In this document: positions 62,093 through 64,000 of the stretch, one piece after another | How positions within the stretch are numbered: position 1 is the first letter of the stretch | Layout of the letters: every line of letters begins with the position of its first letter | Assembly: GCA_963745035.1 (NCBI GenBank) | Contig: CAVUVW010000027.1 | Coordinates: 160,001 to 224,000 of the forward strand | Origin: an uncultured delta proteobacterium | GTDB taxonomy: Bacteria > Desulfobacterota > Binatia > UBA9968 | DNA: 64,000 nt | Reading direction: 5' to 3' | Made by a program: the position numbers and the translations under genes | Notes under the pieces: model-generated | The model's input: only the letters and a program-made list of their open reading frames with translations | Databases searched by the model: none | Told to the model about the DNA's origin: nothing

Positions 62093-63211
62093 TTGGCCAT
62101 GGAACAGAAAAGCACCGACAAATACTTTCCGACTGTCGGCGATGGCAGCGGGCTCGCTCAAAGCGATGGACTTTATAAGGAAGAGCTGCAGCTTGCGCTG
62201 CGTAATCGCGGCATGCCGCTGGAGGCGCTGCGCTATCCGATCACACCGACCGGCCTGCACTACCTGCTGATCCATTACGATATACCGACGGTGGACGCCG
62301 ACGGCTGGCGCCTCAAAATCGGCGGACGAGTCGCCAAGCCGCTCGAGCTCTCTCTGGAGGAAATCAAAAAACGGCCGCGCCGAACGATCCCCGTCACCAT
62401 GGAATGCGCCGGCAACGGCCGGGCGCTATTCGCGCCGCGGCGCATAAGCCAGCCGTGGCTTCTCGAAGCCATCGGCACCGCCGAGTGGACCGGCACGCCG
62501 CTGCGAACCATCCTGCAGGAAGCCGGCGCCAGTGCGGACACCGCGGAGATTGTTTTTACCGGTTTGGATCGAGGCGTCGAAGGCGATCAGGTGCAATACT
62601 ATCAGCGCAGTCTGACTCTCGATGAAGCGACGAAGGAAGAGGTCTTGCTCGTCTATGAGATGAACGGCGAGCCGCTGCCGCCGCAGCACGGCTATCCGCT
62701 GCGGCTCGTGAAACCCGGTTGGTACGGCATGGCGAGCGTAAAGTGGCTCGACCGAATCGAGGCTATTGCCGAGCCGTTTGAAGGCTATCAAATGGTGCGC
62801 GCCTATCGTTACGCGCAGTCCGCCGACGGGCCGGGAGAAGCGGTCGACGTGATCAGGGCGCGCGCCTTGATGATTCCTCCAGGCATCCCAGACTTCATGA
62901 CCCGCGATAGGCTGGTCGACGCCGGCCCGGTGATTCTTACCGGCAAAGCGTGGGCCGGGCTTGGCGTCGTGTCGCGCGTCGAGGTGAGCGTCGACGCCGG
63001 CGCGACATGGTCCGAGGCGCGCCTCGACGAATCGCCATCACCCTTCGCCTGGAGATCATGGACGTTCGCCTGGAATGCTACACCGGGAACTTACCTGCTG
63101 CAGGTGCGCGCGAGCGATGCGGAAGGCAATGTGCAGCCGGCCGTTCAAGAGTGGAACTTCGGCGGCTACGGCAACAACGGTGTACAGCGCGTGAGCGTCG
63201 TCGTGCGGTGA
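62093..63211 (+). CDS. Sulfite oxidase-family molybdopterin oxidoreductase (no signal peptide)
   Basis: MECAGNGR Mo-ligand Cys, AEWTG.PL, MNGEPLP..HGYPLR, SVKWL and Ig-like RVEVS.D...RA.D..GN.QP. Confidence 0.9.
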   Translation: MAMEQKSTDKYFPTVGDGSGLAQSDGLYKEELQLALRNRGMPLEALRYPITPTGLHYLLIHYDIPTVDADGWRLKIGGRVAKPLELSLEEIKKRPRRTIPVTMECAGNGRALFAPRRISQPWLLEAIGTAEWTGTPLRTILQEAGASADTAEIVFTGLDRGVEGDQVQYYQRSLTLDEATKEEVLLVYEMNGEPLPPQHGYPLRLVKPGWYGMASVKWLDRIEAIAEPFEGYQMVRAYRYAQSADGPGEAVDVIRARALMIPPGIPDFMTRDRLVDAGPVILTGKAWAGLGVVSRVEVSVDAGATWSEARLDESPSPFAWRSWTFAWNATPGTYLLQVRASDAEGNVQPAVQEWNFGGYGNNGVQRVSVVVR

Positions 63212-63336
63212 AATCTTTCGCGCGGTATCTGAGAAAAATCATACATCAAATTTTGCGGCGACATAATTCTCTTCAGTTCACTAATCCGCCGGCGGTTACG
63301 ATGGCAACACAGGCCCGTTGTTGGGTCGCGTATGTT

Positions 63337-63785
63337 CTAGTCCGCCTCGACGAGCGCCGCGAGTTTCGCTAGCGCGTCGCGCCAGCCGGCCTCGTTATCG
63401 GCGAGCGGCACACCGGGCGGCAGCCCGTCGTGCACGGCGAGGACATCAGTGCCGCCGGCGTCTGCATCGGCAAGCGAGATCGTGATCGTCATCTCGCCAC
63501 GCATTTCGGAATTTGTCGTCTCGAACTCGACCACTTCAACGACCTGCACATTCGTCACGAGCTTCACAAAACGGCCGTGGCGCGGTCGTCTTACCGGTCC
63601 CGGTCGGCTCGTCGTACGTTAGTGAGATCCGGAACGAGCCGCCTTCGCGGGGCTCAAACGCATGCACGTGCCTGGTCATACCGGTCGGCACCTTCCACGT
63701 TGCGATCGCGCGCGCATCGAGAAGCGCGCGATAAACGTTCTGCGCGAGGCGCGTTGATGCGGCGACTTACGCGGGTCGAGCTCAC
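63337..63785 (-). CDS. SRPBCC/AHSA1-like domain protein (frameshifted)
   Basis: STRVSRRINAP, RALLD, W.VP, EPREGG.FRISL, EVVEFET and NEAGW..AL.KLA. Confidence 0.75.
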
Positions 63786-64000
63786 GCCCCGAACATTAGC
63801 ACGCGAAGCGAGACGAGCAACACGCGACCGGTGACCACATTCCGGTCAGTCACAGCAGTTGATTGGAATGTGTGGAACCTAAGTTCGTGTAACGTTTTCC
63901 GTTTCTGTTTACTCACGCCTCACGGCTCGCGCCTCGTGCCTCTTCTATCTCATTTATTCTTGCGCGTCTCTTCAAGCAGGTTCTGGATCGGCGTGAAATC

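Noticed and set aside
702-63211. Other TGA stops (e.g. 704, 5764, 23430, 27783, 32000, 33097, 48348, 62088, 63211) as Sec codons
   Set aside because: The domains are complete at these stops and I saw no continuing homology or Cys-equivalent position.

Overview
GC-rich bacterial chromosomal window with about 60 genes and no rRNA, tRNA, CRISPR array or recognisable mobile element. The many solute-binding proteins, the Rieske oxygenase and the sigma-54 control suggest a deltaproteobacterial/Binatia-like genome (inference only). About 20 single-base frameshifts interrupt otherwise intact genes and look like long-read assembly errors. Main blocks: (1) rnc, an SdhA/TfrA-like flavoprotein with a small 2Fe-2S partner, an amidohydrolase, an anSME-type radical SAM enzyme and a TIMP-like protein; (2) a glycine/betaine/proline-reductase-like module with a selenocysteine-containing GrdB and two divergent GrdE-like proproteins but no GrdA/C/D; (3) a ~2000-aa double-lipase/CHAT-caspase/TPR protein; (4) a ~21-kb low-oxygen/nitrosative stress island (USPs, CBS proteins, hemerythrins, ferritin-like proteins, qNor, GAPDH, Rv2004c-like kinase) with about ten sigma-54 promoters, a recurring TTCKCA-N4-TGMGAA palindrome and a sensor-less enhancer-binding protein; (5) a cation/H+ antiporter whose annotated stop is very probably a Sec codon inside a fused rhodanese domain (CAU motif plus SECIS-like hairpin), the most striking hidden feature; (6) dinB, an SBP-radical SAM-methyltransferase-Rieske operon and TAXI/Lin0512; (7) a persulfide dioxygenase-rhodanese/DUF1326/DUF2182/sulfite oxidase cluster.
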